A stretch of 64,000 nt of DNA from Octopus bimaculoides (taxonomy: Eukaryota): contig NC_068988.1 of NCBI RefSeq assembly GCF_001194135.2, positions 13,473,459 to 13,537,458 on the forward strand. The letters are read 5' to 3'. Under the pieces are notes generated by a model, which was not told where the DNA came from, searched no databases, and saw only the letters and a list, made by a program, of their open reading frames with translations. Numbering within the stretch: the stretch's first letter is position 1; every line of letters begins with the position of its first letter. Shown here piece after piece: positions 1 through 12,199 of this stretch. The position numbers and the translations under genes are program-made.

Positions 1-303
1 CCTACACTGTCTTGCAACACGAAATACCTCGAGTCTTTGGTCCTCACGGCGCAGAACATTGGCAAATCTTTCCTTATCTGCTTCCCCTCTGGCTAAATAA
101 ACCTGTCGCCTAGCCTCCCTTCTGGCACATTGGTACAATTCCCTGCTACCACCGTTCTTCCAGTCCTTCCAAGCTTGTTTCTTTTGTCTAATAGCCCTGT
201 CTACCTCCTTGTTCCACCACCACGTTACTCTGGGTTGGGAGGGGACCTTACACCACCCACAAATCTGGTCGGTGGCTTTCAACAGGTTGTCCCGCAGAAA
301 TGT
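1..303 (-). mobile_element. RTE-clade LINE ORF2 segment (linker between endonuclease and RT), 5'-truncated, running off the left edge
   Basis: Uninterrupted frame TFLRDNLLKATDQICGWCKVPSQPRVTWWWNKEVDRAIRQKKQAWKDWKNGGSRELYQCARREARRQVYLARGEADKERFANVLRREDQRLEVFRVARQCR. The WWWN-x-EV-xx-AI-xx-KK-x-AW motif is typical of RTE ORF2. GC and CpG content are higher than in the flanks. Confidence 0.85.
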
Positions 304-692
304 CAGAGCATTTCTGTTATTTTTATTCTTTTCGTTAAATGCTTACTTAAAACTTCTTTTCCTATATTACCAATTATTTATACATTTGGCATGTGCTACT
401 AATTATCATTCTCATTACATTAATGCTTAAATTTAAGAAAGATGCTATACAGCTATCTACATCATAGATCAACAATATTAATTTCTAAATTTACTTGAAG
501 TAAACTTGTTTAATTAATTTCTATGAATTCAATAACTCTTCACATCCAGTTTTATATACAATTCTAATTCCCTTATCTTCAAACACTGCAAGTCATTTGA
601 CTAATGAAGAAGATTGTCATTCAGTTGGGCTTGAACCATCAATAAAAAGAAGAAGCCATTATTTAAAAATTTAGAATGTTTGCTCCCAGATA

Positions 693-1090
693 CAGGCATG
701 GTTGTGTGGTTAAGAAGCTCACTTGGCAACCACTTAGCTTTTGGTTCAGTTCCACTGTGGGACATCTTGTGCAAGTGTCTTCACTATAGCTGAGGGCTGA
801 TCCATGCTGTGTGAGTGTTTTTGGGAGACAGAAACTGTGTGGAAGCCCATCACATATATATATATATATATGTATGTCTTTGTGTTTGCACCACCCCACC
901 ATTTGACAACCATAATGGTTTGTTTATATCACCATTAACTTTGTGGTTCAGCAAATGAAACCAATAGAATAAGTAGCAGATTTGAGAAATAAGTACTGGA
1001 GTTGAGTTGTTCAACTGGACCCTTCAAGGCAGTGCTCACGCATGTTCGCAGTCAAATGACTGAAACAAGTAACAGCTAAAAGATAAAATA
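693..1090 (+). mobile_element. tRNA-headed SINE, family A, near full length (tail type 1)
   Basis: Head ggcatggttgtgtggttaagaag...ggttcagttccactg, central (TA)n tract, tail gcagtcaaatgactgaaacaagtaa. Many similar copies occur in the window. Confidence 0.85.
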
Positions 1091-1214
1091 CATAAAAAAT
1101 AATTTTTGTTTTCTTTACAGTTTATCAAAAACAGAACCCCCCCCCCATTTAAAATGCAATAATAACCATGATTAAGGACCTCATCACAAAACAATATAGG
1201 ATATTTTTCTTGTA

Positions 1215-1330
1215 CATCTTAAAAGATTTTCTTGTGAACCTTTCGAATGTCTCATTCCACAAGCTCTTTCCATGTTTTGTCAACCTTTATCTGTTCAATG
1301 TAACTCCCTAACTCCACTTCCATTTTGTAG
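1215..1330 (-). mobile_element. Degenerate RTE LINE 3' ORF fragment
   Basis: Minus strand ...ggttgacaaaacatggaaagagcttgtggaatgagac... resembles the GRPRKTW-x-E-x-V end of the RTE copies at 38870 and 41150. Confidence 0.4.
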
Positions 1331-2278
1331 CTTTTCTGTACATCAGACACATGACTCAGTCAGTTATTTCCTTTATTTCACAGTTAAAGGGTTAAGACAG
1401 TAGGGTCTGATTTGTAAGATTTGATTGCTATTCCTAGCAAGTCAAGTCATCACATAGAAGCTCTCTCACTAGTTTGGTAAATGTTACGAAATCAATAATC
1501 TTTAGTAATAATTCCTTGCATTATTAGTTACAAAAGACCATGTACTACATTGAAATGGTTCATTCGTGTTAGGTTTTTTTTTAACATTCCCAATATATGT
1601 TAGAAATAGTACATTTATGCACGAGTTGTTTCTACAAGATATTGTATCCTAATCCATGAATATGGAGATATTTTTAGGATCATATCTATATTCTGGCACT
1701 TCACTTCAAAATCAAATACTATGGCTGTTTCCAAACAGATTGCAGCTGTAATATGTTTTCATTTCAGTCATTAGGTGAAACAGGTATTGCTGCCAAAGAT
1801 TGCTGTCTCTATAGTAAATATGCAGAAACATATTTCCCCACTTATAATCTGCCAAAATTAACAATGAATTCAGTATGTCTCTGCCTCCCCTCCCCTGCAC
1901 GTGCACGCACAGACACATTTATAGGTGCACGGTCAATGAGTTAGTTTCTCAATCATGAGAACCAGGGCTCGATCCCACTATATGGACCCTTGGACAAGTG
2001 TCATCTACCATAACCTTGTTGTTTATGTGTCTGCTTGTACATATAGACAATGTGTGTGTGTGTGTTTATCTATATATATATATGTACATAAACACCTTAC
2101 CTTAAACACTTTTATAATTTTACTGAGACCAAACTGGAGCATCTTGTAGGTTTAGTTAATTCAGTTTAGTACTTATCAATATATAAGTTTTGCTTCTAGT
2201 AAACTGTGGTTGTCTCTATATGTGTATAGGCCTGTGTATAAATGCCAGCATGTGTAAATGTGGGTCTATAAGGTGCCA

Positions 2279-2281
<3 letters not shown>

Positions 2282-2318
<37 letters not shown>
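2282..2318. repeat. (TG)n microsatellite
   Basis: Uninterrupted tg run. Confidence 0.95.
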
Positions 2319-2320
<2 letters not shown>

Positions 2321-3054
2321 CAGTCTATACAGCTATGACAGTGTGTATACCTAAGTGAGTATCAGTATGTGTATGTATATATATCAGTGTGTTACTATGT
2401 GTGTTTCTATGTATGTGTCTGCACATAGCCATCTGTGTATGTTTAAATGAGGTGAAGTAATTTACATTAACATATAAAGTTGATACTTAGTTAACACTAT
2501 CGAGTTTCTCTGACTGGAAATTTATTTGCTTTAGTATAATATTTTGTGTATGTGTATATATAATAGACTGTAAGTTTAGAAGCAATGAGAAATAAGAAAT
2601 GCAAACAAAACTTCCTTTCTTGTTTGTAAGATTTAAAGCATATCATTTTGGTGGTTGAAAATCAGAGTCACTTTGGTGTAATGTTATCATGATTGTTGTT
2701 CAAGTTATGATAGATGTGTAGTCTGAATCCATGGGTGGTTGCCCATCTTTTTCTGACAGGGTATTTTTTTTCTACACAATGTATTATGTGTTATTATTAA
2801 TAGCTACATTTGTATTTGAGATACTTTGTAAAAAAAAAGACTTATTTTCATATTTCTTAGTGCTTCTAAAATTATGAACTAAATGTAAACAATACACACA
2901 CATAGAAACAAGTGTGAACTTATTTGTATGTGTGCTTTCTACATTAATACCTCTTGACCTCATCTCAAATACACATTTCTGGCCTTTATGTCATCCTTGT
3001 TTCCTCTTGAAACTGACATTTACTACATACAAGCCCCACCCCACCTCACCTACT

Positions 3055-3222
3055 GCTCATACTGTAAAGTAGTTGTCATTAGGAAGGGCAACCGGCAGTA
3101 GAAGCCTTGCCTAAGCAGACACTGGAGAGCAACACACCAATAAGGCTAGTTGGATCCTATGGAAATCCTGTTGAATTGTCCAATCCAAGCCAGCATGGAA
3201 TATGGATATAAATGATGATGAT
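3055..3222 (+). mobile_element. RTE-type 3' tail fragment ending in (GAT)n
   Basis: ttgtcattaggaagggcaaccggcagtagaa...ccaagccagcatggaatatggatataaatgatgatgat; same tail as 31570-31845 and 51950-52181. Confidence 0.7.
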
Positions 3223-4012
3223 ACACACAAATACATATACATGTGTGTGTGTGTGTGGTAAGAAAACATTCTATGAAATCTGTATCAATATATAAACATA
3301 CATATCTCCTCTCTCTCTCTCTCTCTCACACATACACAGAGCAACATCACACATATCTACAAGCTGCAATGTTTGTCTGTTTGTTTTGAAACAATATCGC
3401 CTTTTCTCAATGAATTTTTAACAAATTTCACAGGGATATTCAGTTGCAGCCTGGAATAATGCACAAGGTCCCTTTGAAGTATAAAAAGGTGTAAGTTAGA
3501 AGAGGGAAAATAGGAAAACTGAAATTTGTAATGGAGTAATAACTCACTCATAGCATTTGTGTGAGGTAAATGCAGTCACATCAAAATCTGCCATTTTTCC
3601 TTCAATCTTTCTTTAATCTCTCTTCAGATTTACCTAATGTTCATCCCTCCTACATAATTTCTCTTGCCTCCCATATACTTTCTCAGTCATTTTGTATCAT
3701 ACACACACACAAATATTTATAAAAGTATATATATGCATATATATATACACATATGTGCGTATGTGTATATGGTGTACACATACACATATAATGAATATTT
3801 TGTATATACAGCATATATTTGTAATGGAGTCATAAAAGCTCCCACTCACTTAAATGTTCATCATACTCTTTGCCTGTTCCTTTATTATTCACAATGTTGC
3901 ATCTCTCATTTCTTCACTAGCTGTACTGATTGCACCATCCTCATCACTGCCCATTTGCCCTTCACTGGAGCTAGCTATATATACGGAATTAGCCCTCTGC
4001 AGGAGTTAACTA

Positions 4013-4554
4013 GGATCTATTTTAAAACGGGGGCCACATTTTTCATTAATGTTTTACATAGTGTTTTTGGTACAGAAAGACTTTCAAACTTCGTATACTT
4101 ATCTATTTTGTGTTATAGAACCGAAAAATATTTTTGTATTCGAATTTATTTCATGTAAAAAATTGTCTTATTTCGATAATTTCAACCAATCACTGACAAG
4201 TATTCAGTTGTTTACATTTACTCCTTTAGTTGATTAAGCGATGTAAAGCGTATTTAATCTCCATACCTTCGTTTTATTTGCTTTAACCCTAACCCTAGGG
4301 TTAGGGTTAGGGTTAATTGTTTCAGAATCGTTTGTTTATGTAGTCGGCACTTAATGTATATCGGCTGAATGGACGTCAGTGATTGGTTGAAATTACAGAA
4401 ATACGNNNNNNNNNNCATGGAATAACTTATGGATTTCTTTTTTTTTAAAGAAGACTAAGAGAAAAAGATGTTTTATATGACACATTCTACCAGTGTTCCA
4501 AGTTTCAAAGTGTTTCGTTAATGAAAAATGTGGCCCCCGTTTTAAAAAAGATCC
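4013..4554. mobile_element. Non-autonomous DNA transposon (MITE) with 37-bp TIRs, 8-bp TSD and a central telomeric-repeat palindrome; Merlin/IS1016-like by termini
   Basis: TIRs at 4013-4049 and 4518-4554 (GGATCT[A/T]TTTTAAAACGGGGGCCACATTTTTCATTAA, 1 mismatch). Direct repeat GTTAACTA at 4005-4012 and 4555-4562. Superfamily is inferred only from the GG termini and 8-bp TSD. Confidence 0.85.
4406..4415. other. Assembly gap (10 N) inside the MITE
   Basis: Run of N. Confidence 1.
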
Positions 4555-4586
4555 GTTAACTATATATATACGGAATATATTGTAAT

Positions 4587-4804
4587 ATTGGTTTCAAATT
4601 TTGGCACAAGGCTAGCAGTTTTGGGGGAGGAGTGAAGTCAATTAAATCAACCCCAGTGTTCAAATGGTACTTATTTTATCAACTCCCAAAAGATGAAAGG
4701 CAAAGGTGACCCTGGCAGAATTAAAACTCAGAATGTAAAGACAGATGAAATGCCACTAAGCATTTTACCTGATGTGCTAATGATTCTGCTAGCTCGCCAC
4801 CTTG
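4587..4804 (-). mobile_element. tRNA-headed SINE, family B
   Basis: Reverse complement has the head aaggtggcgagctagcagaatcattagc, the core tttgcctttcatc...ataagtacc and the tail ccttgtgccaaaatttgaaacc shared with other B copies. Confidence 0.85.
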
Positions 4805-4999
4805 CAAATGGTTGTAATATTGTCAGCAGGATTGGAACATTGTGTCTGCTGTAAACTGCTTAGTCATGCCAATTACTACACCAAGTGACATTACAACATT
4901 CGACAAGCCAAATTAGTAGATTTCAAGTAGGTACGATGGCAATACTAGTCACCTGTCAATGAGGATCTCTGTCAAGACAATATCAAAGTACAGTGCTAT

Positions 5000-5042
<43 letters not shown>

Positions 5043-7839
5043 GTACAAGAGAAAATGGAAAGAAGTTTTGTGTATGTTTATCAGATTAAATAAAATATGT
5101 TTTTCTGTCTGGTTACATTGATTAGTGTAAATATTTATGAACAATGGTGAAATTAAATTTTGGTTGCTGATAGTTTAATCTATGGATATCATCAAAAACA
5201 TTCGGGTTTACATAATGATAAAATTAGCTTAAAAGAAATTATTACATATGCAAAATGGGAGATTACAGGGTGAAAGAGAATTTAATAATGAAATAAAATG
5301 CTTTTCACAGAGGAATTGGAATATCTTTTCATAACTGCTCACAATTCCATTTCAATCTTAACTATTAAATTTGTGTTCTATTTTAATGAGAGAGAATAAT
5401 AGTTCCATTCTAATTTAACTTCAATTCTTAAATTGTTCTTTCATCTGAAATGGCAGACATCCAATACTTCTAATAATAGACTTTTGATTTCAAATAAATC
5501 CTTCATAACTCTATATTGATCTGCTGTATTTGTTACATGATTGAATTTATCTTAACAAACAAGCCTCCTTTTAAATTAATTATCACAAGAAATATAGCCG
5601 TGAATGAAATTATGTATTTAGCAAAATGGGGTCATTTGAATGTTATCAGACAGAGCCAAACTCAAAACTATCAAGAAACTTATTACTTGGCACATATATC
5701 AGTGTATGTTTCATATTACTATCTAAGCGATACAACTTGTAAAATCCATGCAAACATTTTCAAGTCAATATGACATATTTTCATAAATCTATATTATAAA
5801 GAGCTATGTTTCTCTGTCTGACTGTCACGTGTTATCCTCAGATCAAGATGATTTTCAAGTAATTTATTTGGAGATACAAAACAAAAAGTGACCATATCTA
5901 ATTTATTCACTGAATTCACATATGTGATGCAAGGGAAAATAAGGTTGTGTTTTATTTTGGACAAAGTTTAATTTTTCTTCACATGCTTTAGAAAAAGGAA
6001 TATTTCATACATATATTAGAATAGACTGGGTGATGAGAAGAAAAATATAAAGACAGAAAGAAAGAGAAAGGCAATAAAAATAGTGACAAATTTACTAAAA
6101 CCTTCAACCAGTAAAACATAATTCTGCTGTAAGCCTAAATCTATTTTGATATATTGAATGCAATTTCGTCTACAATTTGAAATAGAGCCTTCAAATAATA
6201 AGGGATAAATTCAAAAAGATGAGTTAGGTGCATTTTTTCTCAGTAAGAGAAAATACAGCAAATTATAAGTGCAGCTTTCCATTGCATAAGCTTCTGGAAA
6301 AATGTTTGATACTTTATGATTTACATAGGTCTCTTCAATAATTATAATCAAAATGATCCACACAATTTACCAAGTTATCTATGCATCCTCTTAGTAAGAG
6401 CCCATTAAAATTATATAGGCTTAGCTAGCTAACACATTTGTAAACCTAACAAAAACAAGGATATTAGTTTCTAACTCTAAGAAATAAATAAGGGAAACTA
6501 TCTCTGTATCAGAATTGTTTTTTTAATCAATACATTTTCTATATGAAGATTCATGTCGAAATGATATCTAACTTGACATTAAAGAAGACCTTTCACACAC
6601 AATATAACTAATTGATTTCTACCAGATTATTATAGAATAAAAAAAAAAAGAAAAAAGAAAAATGTTGTTTATAAATTCAACAATGAGACTAAACTACAAC
6701 AATAGTTGCAAGTTATTAATTTAATAATTATTTTTTATGAAGGTAAAAAAGAAGAAATCTGAATGCAATTTTCAAAATAAAGCTTACAAAATGCATTTTA
6801 TCAACAATATATTTACAAAAGAAAACAAAACGAAAGCCCAAACAAAAATATTAAATTTTGGATTAAAATAATTTGCTTCGTCAATATTGGTTGCAGCCTA
6901 CAACATCATTGTTAGATGAAATACAGGGATTATGAAATTGCCAACAATTAAATTTAAAATGGCATAAGAATTATAAAGCCAACAATATTAAAATCTATAG
7001 ATTATATACACTACTTAAAGAACAATGACATTGTATAGAAACAAATAAAGTTGTCCCACATCTTGACATTTTGATTTTTGTAGAGAAACCAATTGAATAC
7101 AAGTTCACAATGAAATCCATTTCCTTTGAATTTTTAATATTGATTTCTAATCTTATTGATATTTATAGTAATATTTGTAGCTATAATTGATGTTTTACAC
7201 AAAAATCTCAGCATAGTCTGCAAGAAAATACTAAACAGTCATGACTGCTAAAGTAATTTTTCTTTTCAGTTTGACCAAAGTAGAATTTTATTCCAATGAA
7301 TGGTTCAGTTCAAATTAGACTGTCAATGAATGGTTTAGTTAGAATAACAGATTATCAATTGTCGTATTTCGATAATTATTTCTCTTAGCAACAAGAACGA
7401 TTTTCATTAAGTTTGAAAGGATGAATTATTAAGTGGATTTAATATTTATGAAGGAATTTGAATGCAGAACCATAAATCTAATGTAAAAAACATTGACATA
7501 TCACCATGCACTTCAACTTCTCAGCCCAGTTGGATCTCTACCTGTTCAATGATAACTATCTTTGACAATACAAATATTTCATACACACACACACACATAT
7601 ATGTGACAGTAAAAGTACTGATCCATCAAAGATAGCTATTATCTTAGGCATGTCCTTATATCGTGCATACACCTCAAATTCCATGAGTGGTTCTCTCATA
7701 GCTGTGCTGTAGTAGTTTAGACAAAGAACATGGCCTACAATGCTTGTAGAAAATCATCCAATCTTTATACCTAACTCCACAACTCCTGCAAGACAATCAT
7801 TGCTGTAGGAGCTGTGGAGCTAGGTAAAAGATGCTGCCA

Positions 7840-8740
7840 TGTATTACACAGCCGCAAGCACCCCTACATTCCAAACTTCACCTGACCTTTTTTTGGTCCC
7901 TTACAAAAAGATCTGTTCTAATTTTATGGAATCCTCCTTCATTTTAATTTTCAATCATGATGGTCCTGTAAGCAATACCCCTTTGGGCATAGTCTTCACA
8001 TTCCTTTTTGATTCAAGTCTGCACTGCACACATTATATAAAACTCTTTCAAAACTATCCCTTTGTACTCTGTGAAGCCCACTTTCATGTACACATACAAA
8101 GCAAGTGCAAAAACAGCTGTGGTTGTTTCAGACTGACATGATTGTCAACCCTAATAGTGTCCCTTCTATTACCCTCATATAATGTGCTCCTGTGCCAGTC
8201 TCTATTACTGCCAAACATTTCAACCTCTCTTTTTCTTTCTGTAGGAATTTATCTTGATCTTTGAAAATATGCTACAGTATGTCCCATTCCCAAGAATGGG
8301 TAAACCTTCTGACTCTGCCACCAACCATCCTATTACTCTCACTTCCAACACCTCAAATGTGATAGAGATAGTCATTAACAACCACCTTCTACAACATCAA
8401 AAACCTTCTTTCTCTTTAACAACCAACAGCATACCTTTTGTAAAGCCAGACCAACTCTGCTGTCACTCAGTAGTAGATCCTTCTTATGAGAAATCTGGCA
8501 AAAACAATTGTTGCACTTTGCATCAGTAAAATATTCAACATGCCTGGCTTTTTGTAAGATTGTACTGTTGCATAAAATGCTGATAAAATTCTCTCTGACT
8601 CATGCTATCAACTCTAGTATGTTGGAAAGTTTAGTTTTCTGTCTGCACTCCTGTGCATCAATTACATACCTGCTGTCACCTCCAACAATGCTCACTGCAA
8701 CACAGATTATATCACTCTGTATTTATTCCTAATCTTTCGT
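7840..8740 (+). mobile_element. Degenerate CR1/L2-group LINE (endonuclease end plus RT N-terminus)
   Basis: ORF 8254-8529 VPFPRMGKPSDSATNHPITLTSNTSNVIEIVINNHLLQH resembles the RT motif P-IPK-x-G-...-NYRPISLTS-xx-SK-xx-E-x-IIN-xx-L-xx-HL. Upstream SPDLFL resembles the endonuclease LDLFL motif. Confidence 0.75.
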
Positions 8741-8861
8741 AGCTAAGTATCACCCACATACAAGCAACACACCTAACACCAAACACATGCACTGATTCCA
8801 AAGGCAAGACCATGTAAACCTGATCATATGAGGTTGTGCCAAGTTCATTACTTCAACAATA

Positions 8862-9012
8862 TCATCACCATCATTTAACATCCATATCCCATGATGGCAT
8901 GGATTGGATGGTTTGAGAGAATTCAATGAGTCCATGGATTGCATCATGCTCCAGGGTCTGTTTGGGCATGGTTTTTATAGTTACAAGTCATTCCTAATAC
9001 CAACCACTTTAC
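8862..9012 (-). mobile_element. RTE-type 3' tail fragment
   Basis: catcatttaacatccatatcccatgatggcatggattggatggtttg is the reverse complement of the (GAT)n-ending tail. Confidence 0.7.
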
Positions 9013-10408
9013 AACCTGACTGCATGCTTTTTTTTTGTGTCACTAGCAGGCTGTTATGCAGTTTGCAAGACTATGAATGCTGGGGGGAGGGGAACTAAAT
9101 ACCAGGGGATGAGAGGAAAAAGATAGGTAAAAGTATGAGAGAAGGGGCCAGGGTGGAATGGGTTTCTTTTTGATCTACTGTGGCCCCTTCCCCTATGCTA
9201 TTGAAATAACAGCCTGCTGTTACTTCACGCCGTTATTGCAACAACTCAGTGTGTCAAATCCAGGAAAAATCCAACCTTTGATTTTAACTTCAAAGTAGCT
9301 TTGTGATTTCAATATCAAGCAGAATGGATTGAACAACTATAGTTAATTCAGCCCTTTCTTTATCACATGGCAGCCACTGCACATTAAGTGAGTGTGATAC
9401 TTTTCACAGCTCAAACAGCAAATACAAACGATTTTCTTACAAATGACTTAATTGGATTGTTCTCAAATATATATTCTATATTTGACAGATATCCAATTCC
9501 AATTAACTTGCAGTATAAAACCAGAAGAGATTTTAGACATGATATAAAATAATACAATAGATTAGTAGATACCGCATTTACTACTGATCACTTGATTTCT
9601 ATAGCCAAAACCTTTTGGGCAGAATTTCTTCGCTAATCTGGTACATTGTGTCTCAACGATGAATAATTAACCACTGAAAATGATTCTATCCTCCATACAA
9701 TTTAGATTCATCATAAAAATCTGTATTAATCTTGATGACAAAACAAATAGCTTGAATATATTTAAAGCTTGCTGGATTTCAGCTGGCTCTCTCACTGCTT
9801 ACTTCACATCAAAACATAATGTTAATAGTCAGCATGAATGATTGCAAAATAGTGATACTCAAAGTTGATGTGCAATTTTCCTGTATTATCTGTAAGCTAT
9901 CTAGAGTATATAAATGGTAAAAAAAAAAAAAGCAATATATTCAGACAATGTGAACTAAGAGAATTGAAAGCTTTCTAATTAAAGCTCAAGTCGGATGAGG
10001 AAATACTATGAGGAAATCCTATGCAGACATATACCACAGGACATATACTTAACAAGGCCCTGATCTAAATTTATATGTGTGCTGGAGGAGAATCTGAACT
10101 AAAGGCAGTTGAAAGCTAGAAAATGAAACTTCCTGTCTTAATTGAGAAATGTGAAGGCACATGCTATTAATCAAAATTACAGAGCTTAAGAGATAAAAAT
10201 CAACATAATTTAAATAAAATTACAGTCTTAATAAGACAACAACTAAATCAGCATTACACCATCTAGTTGTGTAAATTTAGACCAAATTGTCTATGAATTT
10301 GGGATTGTTACAGTTTGTTTTTTTTCATTTTGCTGCACTTAGTAACCTGTTGTTAAAAGATAATATATGACAAAAAAAGAAAAGATTTTCACTGTAAAGT
10401 ATACTGAC

Positions 10409-10493
10409 CTTTACTGCTATATCTCGACAAAGCTGTGTGCTATCATTATGGACACTGATATAACTGGAGAATGTTTCACCAAGGAAGATATTA
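10409..10493 (-). CDS. TRAPPC13: TRAPPC13 internal coding exon (85 nt, phase 2 to phase 0)
   Basis: tgtattcactttcAG|T AAT ATC...GTA AAG|GTCAGT encodes (G)[28 protein letters not shown], versus human [28 protein letters not shown] (recalled). Its phase completes the GG|T glycine codon from the 24836-25004 exon. Confidence 0.97.
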
Positions 10494-11469
10494 CTGAAAG
10501 TGAATACAATAAACACATAAATGGTTTGAATCAAAATATTCAAACATTTATATTTTAAAAAAATCTTGTTGGTTTGGAAAGAATTGTTAATCTAGCTTCA
10601 TGGAACTTTTTATGCAATGTTGCAAAAACAGAACAAATTGCTAATCTTAGATAGGTGTAAAGTGAGCTCAAATCAGAAATATAGTTAATCTGCTAGAATT
10701 CTTTAAAGTGAATAAATAACAGAAGAATTGGTTCATAGATTCAACTCAACAAAAATAGAAAAAATAGAAGTGAAACTAAATACTTTGCAGTATTTGGTTC
10801 CAACTTTCAACATTCTAAGTTCAAATCCCAGAGATTGTCTTTCACCTCTTTGTGACAATAATATAAAAAAAAAAACACACCAGAAATATTGTTTGGTTGT
10901 TTCTCTGCAAAAGATTGTCCCAAAGAGGATAGACTGGTAAAATATTAATTTAATAAAATTAGAAATTAGAGTAGAAATGTAATGATAAGCCCAGTCTGAA
11001 CAAAGACAGTATGTTCTGTATGTAGAAAATTTTATGGAATAATCCCAAATTAACACCAGAAAATAAGCAGAAAATGATTTTTTAAATAAAATGATATAAT
11101 TTTTTCAACGACAATTTTAAAATAGTAAATTTAGTGGGAACAAAGAGTTTTGCTAAATCTGTGTAAAAGAATGATATTGGAGAATATCATTATTCTATCA
11201 CCATCTTTTTTATGGAATTACAACAATCCAATAATCTTAAAATCAAAAGGTGCAAATAATGTTTATGAAGAGGATTTTATGACAAGCAAAAGCTTCATTT
11301 TTTTAAAATAATATAACTGAAATGATATTTGTATAGTTTAGTTTTGCTGCATGTTAGTGGGCTGTGGGCCTTGCATGCAGAGGATTTATAAAGACTAGAA
11401 AGAAATAAAGTGAGTATGCTTCACTGGCTGTGTAAATGTTAGTGTGCATGAACAACAGAGTACAAACAA

Positions 11470-11762
11470 GCTGAGAGAAAAACTGAATTTAAAAGGAATG
11501 AAATAGAGTGTGCCAGAGAAAACACTATGTTGATATGGGCATGTGATGCATATAGTGGTTGACAGCTGTATAAAGAAGTGCAGGCCACCTAAAGTGGATA
11601 GAACTAGTGGAAAGTGGATGAAGTGGTGAAGGCTGATCTTAGGACCCTGAATCTTGCAGAGATGACAAAAAAGAAAACCAAGATGCCTATCAATATGCAG
11701 TGCTGGAGATCTTCCCACCTATGCAAGCATAGCAAAATGAATGTTGAAAATAGTAGTAGTGA
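11470..11762 (+). mobile_element. Degenerate RTE LINE 3' end
   Basis: gatatgggcatgtgatgcat...agctgtataaagaagtgc...tggatgaagtggtgaaggctgatctt parallels the W-x-GHV...SCVKKC...WDEVVK-x-DL segment at 41150-41330. Confidence 0.7.
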
Positions 11763-11769
11763 TGGAAGA

Positions 11770-12170
11770 TGGTGATTGTGTAGTATGAAGTTTGCTTCAC
11801 AACCACATGATTTTAAGTTCAGTCCCACTGCATAGTACCTTGGGCAGGTGTCTTCTACTATAACCCCAGGCTGACCAAAGCCTTGTGAGTGAATTTGATA
11901 GATGGAGACAAGAAAATGCTGTGTGTGTCACTGTCTCCTTGTCTTGATATTGCATGATAGTCATAAGATAGTGTCACCATCATGCAAGTGGTGCCCTTTG
12001 TTTCCAATCTTCTGTGAAAATATGTCTAGTCATACAAAAACATTTTCTTACTTGGAAACAGGTGAGGGTTGGAAACAGGAAGGGCATCAAACTAGAAAAT
12101 CTGCCACAACAAATTCTATCCAACCCATGTGAACAAGGAAAAGAAAATGTTAAAATGAGGATGATGATGG
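11770..12170 (+). mobile_element. Family A SINE with RTE-derived tail (tail type 2)
   Basis: A head (agttcagtcccactgc...ccttgggcaggtgtcttctactata) joined to ggaagggcatc...ccaacccatg...gttaaaatgaggatgatgatg. Confidence 0.8.
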
Positions 12171-12199
12171 TAATGAATTACATTTTGGTCTCTTGCCCA

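Noticed and set aside
693-800. SINE heads as tRNA genes
   Set aside because: They have A/B-box-like motifs but no cloverleaf or acceptor stem, and continue into SINE bodies.
3664-4158. 164-aa plus-strand ORF
   Set aside because: Runs through TA/CA microsatellites and into the MITE TIR; Y/I/T/H-rich artefact.
4283-4316. Telomeric repeats as a chromosome-fusion scar or G-quadruplex
   Set aside because: The order is CCCTAA then TTAGGG, opposite to a fusion junction. It lies inside a TSD-flanked element, and there are only three GGG runs on one strand.
10367-10558. Plus-strand 63-aa ORF
   Set aside because: Antisense shadow of the TRAPPC13 exon.
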